A stretch of 24,000 nucleotides of DNA from Floccifex sp. GTDB lineage: Bacteria > Bacillota_I > Bacilli_A > Erysipelotrichales > Erysipelotrichaceae. Below, in pieces: positions 22,820 to 24,000 of the stretch; the stretch's first letter is position 1; each line of letters opens with the position of its first letter. The notes under the pieces are model-generated. The model was given only the letters and a program-made list of their open reading frames with translations, was not told the DNA's origin and ran no database searches. The translations under genes and the position numbers were made by a program. The DNA lies in the NCBI RefSeq assembly GCF_051873555.1, contig NZ_JBJEEY010000157.1, forward strand, positions 3,566 through 27,565, in the 5' to 3' direction.

Positions 22820-24000
22820 CATTATTCAACCGAAACATATTTTGATTTTTACTTCTTGGTTTTTCTGGATTTGTCATTTTTAGTTTTCCAGTTTCAATTA
22901 AAGGCTGAATATATTCTCTTGAAACAAAAGCAATTGTTTTAATTCCTAAAAAATCGGTAATTTCTTGTCTAGTTTTTGGTACTTTACAAAATGATATTAA
23001 ATCCATATCACTCCGGGTATTTTGATCATTACACAAAGTAACCACAAATTCATTTCTTTTATTTTCAAAAACAGGTTCTGGTAAACCATATTCTTTCATT
23101 TCCCTATAAATAGCAGAAATACCAGAATATCTGTTTTCGGTTTTTAGTAAAAATTCAGACATAGTTGCTAATGCTGGATTTCTCAAATTCGATCTAGCCT
23201 TTCCTAAATCTTTTACAGTCATTCTTCCATATAAACTTCCCGGACTATGTATTTCTAATCGATTTGAAAAGAAACAAATTTGGATTGGCGTTCCTTCTGT
23301 ATAGATGCTATAGTCACGATGAATCAATACATTCAAAATAATTTCTCGAATCGCATTAACAGGATATTCCATTCAATCTTCTCTTTTACCGTTTTCTGGA
23401 TGAATAATTGTTTTTATTTTCATATTTCGCTTACAAAACGCAATGGCATCCTCTAACATTTCAGACAAAGTCCCTTCGATTCGTTTATTATCAAGAAAAC
23501 GTATTCCATCCAAAGTAATATTTCTCCTGGAACAACAATGGCTGCAATTGATAATTGTGGCAACAATCCTTGTGGATATATGCCAAAATTCAAAACAGAA
23601 GAAAGAGTTGAAATTTTATCACGAGTAATCGACAACAATTCAAACATTTGTTCTTCGAAAAGTTTTGAAAATCCTGGTCGATTCATTTTCATTTGTAATA
23701 CGAAATTATTTATATCTGTTTCTCTTAATAAAGATGAATTTGCTCTTTCAATTTTTCTTTCATCATCATGAACATGTGATTTATAAGATTCAAAATGATA
23801 TATTTCATAATCTGTCATTGGTAAATCTGCATCACCTACTCAAACATAGAATCCTTTAATTTTTCCATGTCCTGCATAATAACAAGGGCGCAAAACCAAA
23901 TCAACAGAAGGAATTTTAGCAGAACATATATTTACGCCTTGACAGATTGTACTTGTAAATACTGCACGAACTTTAGGATTCATTTGATCACATTGTTCTG
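22812..24000 (-). pseudogene. Decayed COG2865-type gene (AlbA_2 / HATPase_c_4 / C-terminal wHTH 'ATP-binding protein'); 5' end lies outside the window
   Basis: Three collinear pieces. Piece 1 is 24000-23843 (...RPCYYAGHGKIKGFYV), ending at an in-frame TGA (23842-23840). Piece 2 is the 121-aa ORF in the same frame (VGDADLPMTDYEIY...LNFGIYPQGLLPQLSIAAIVVPGE). It needs one extra A in the A3 run at 23521-23523 to continue as NITLDGIRFLDNKRIEGTLSEMLEDAIAFCKRNM...GKRED. A second in-frame TGA follows at 23375-23373. Piece 3 is the 186-aa ORF (MEYPVNAIREIILNVLIHRDY...), which carries the HATPase_c_4 hallmark. Confidence 0.65.

Noticed and set aside
23373-23842. In-frame TGA codons read as Trp (genetic code 4) or as selenocysteine
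   Set aside because: TGA clearly terminates other well-defined genes here (folC, ispD, nrdG). The expected residue at the first site is Arg rather than Trp or Cys, and a frameshift accompanies the two stops. A pseudogene is the simpler reading.
23443-23859. Plus-strand ORFs 23443-23628, 23538-23771 and 23665-23859
   Set aside because: They are antisense to the reconstructed COG2865-type pseudogene and have low-complexity AT-rich translations.
1-24000. Looked for CRISPR arrays, tRNA/rRNA, transposase or integrase genes, long terminal or direct repeats, and toxin-antitoxin or defence-island signatures
   Set aside because: None was found by eye. Apart from the decayed AlbA_2/HATPase_c_4 gene and the orphan XRE-S24 repressor, the window looks like core metabolic chromosome.

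Overview
This is an AT-rich chromosomal segment in the style of a low-GC Firmicute anaerobe. It uses standard code 11 and mostly Shine-Dalgarno (SD) starts; the exact taxon cannot be determined from the sequence alone. I saw no rRNA, tRNA, CRISPR array, transposase or integrase. Gene order from left to right is as follows. A partial membrane protein (-) is followed by cyclophilin PPIase ppiB (+) and a 541-aa membrane protein (-). Next come ispD and a translationally coupled degenerate ispD paralog (-), then a small Cys-rich ORF (-) divergent from an apparently leaderless XRE-HTH/S24 (CI/HdiR-like) repressor (+). These are followed by nrdD (+), a PsiE-like protein (+), and a THF riboswitch with folT (+). 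A 560-aa orphan protein with a DUF2325-like C-terminus is coupled to folC (-), and nrdG is coupled to an Atl/MGMT-like protein (+). An ~8-kb minus-strand sugar locus follows: PRD activator, RDD membrane protein, then lac/cel-type PTS EIIA, EIIB and EIIC, a GrdB-N-terminal-domain homolog, glycosylasparaginase, M20 dipeptidase and CutC. The window ends with a YitT-family protein (+), a MupG-family (DUF871) plus GNAT unit (-), and a decayed COG2865-type (AlbA_2/HATPase_c_4) gene (-). The most interesting signal is an 18-bp palindrome, TTTCCTAGnnCTAGGAAA, that occurs exactly three times. Each copy lies 30-31 nt upstream of a perfect TATAAT that has no -35. The three copies sit in front of the PRD regulator operon, the EIIB-EIIC-enzyme operon and the MupG-like gene. 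I read this as a self-contained activator regulon for an uncharacterised PTS-dependent glycosyl-asparagine (N-glycan core or glycopeptide) utilisation system; a muropeptide substrate is an alternative. Secondary points are several predicted leaderless or near-leaderless mRNAs, a 15-bp perfect hairpin or operator in the nrdD leader, and a pseudogene with two in-frame TGA codons plus a -1 frameshift. All homology statements are by-eye motif recognition; nothing was searched or computed.
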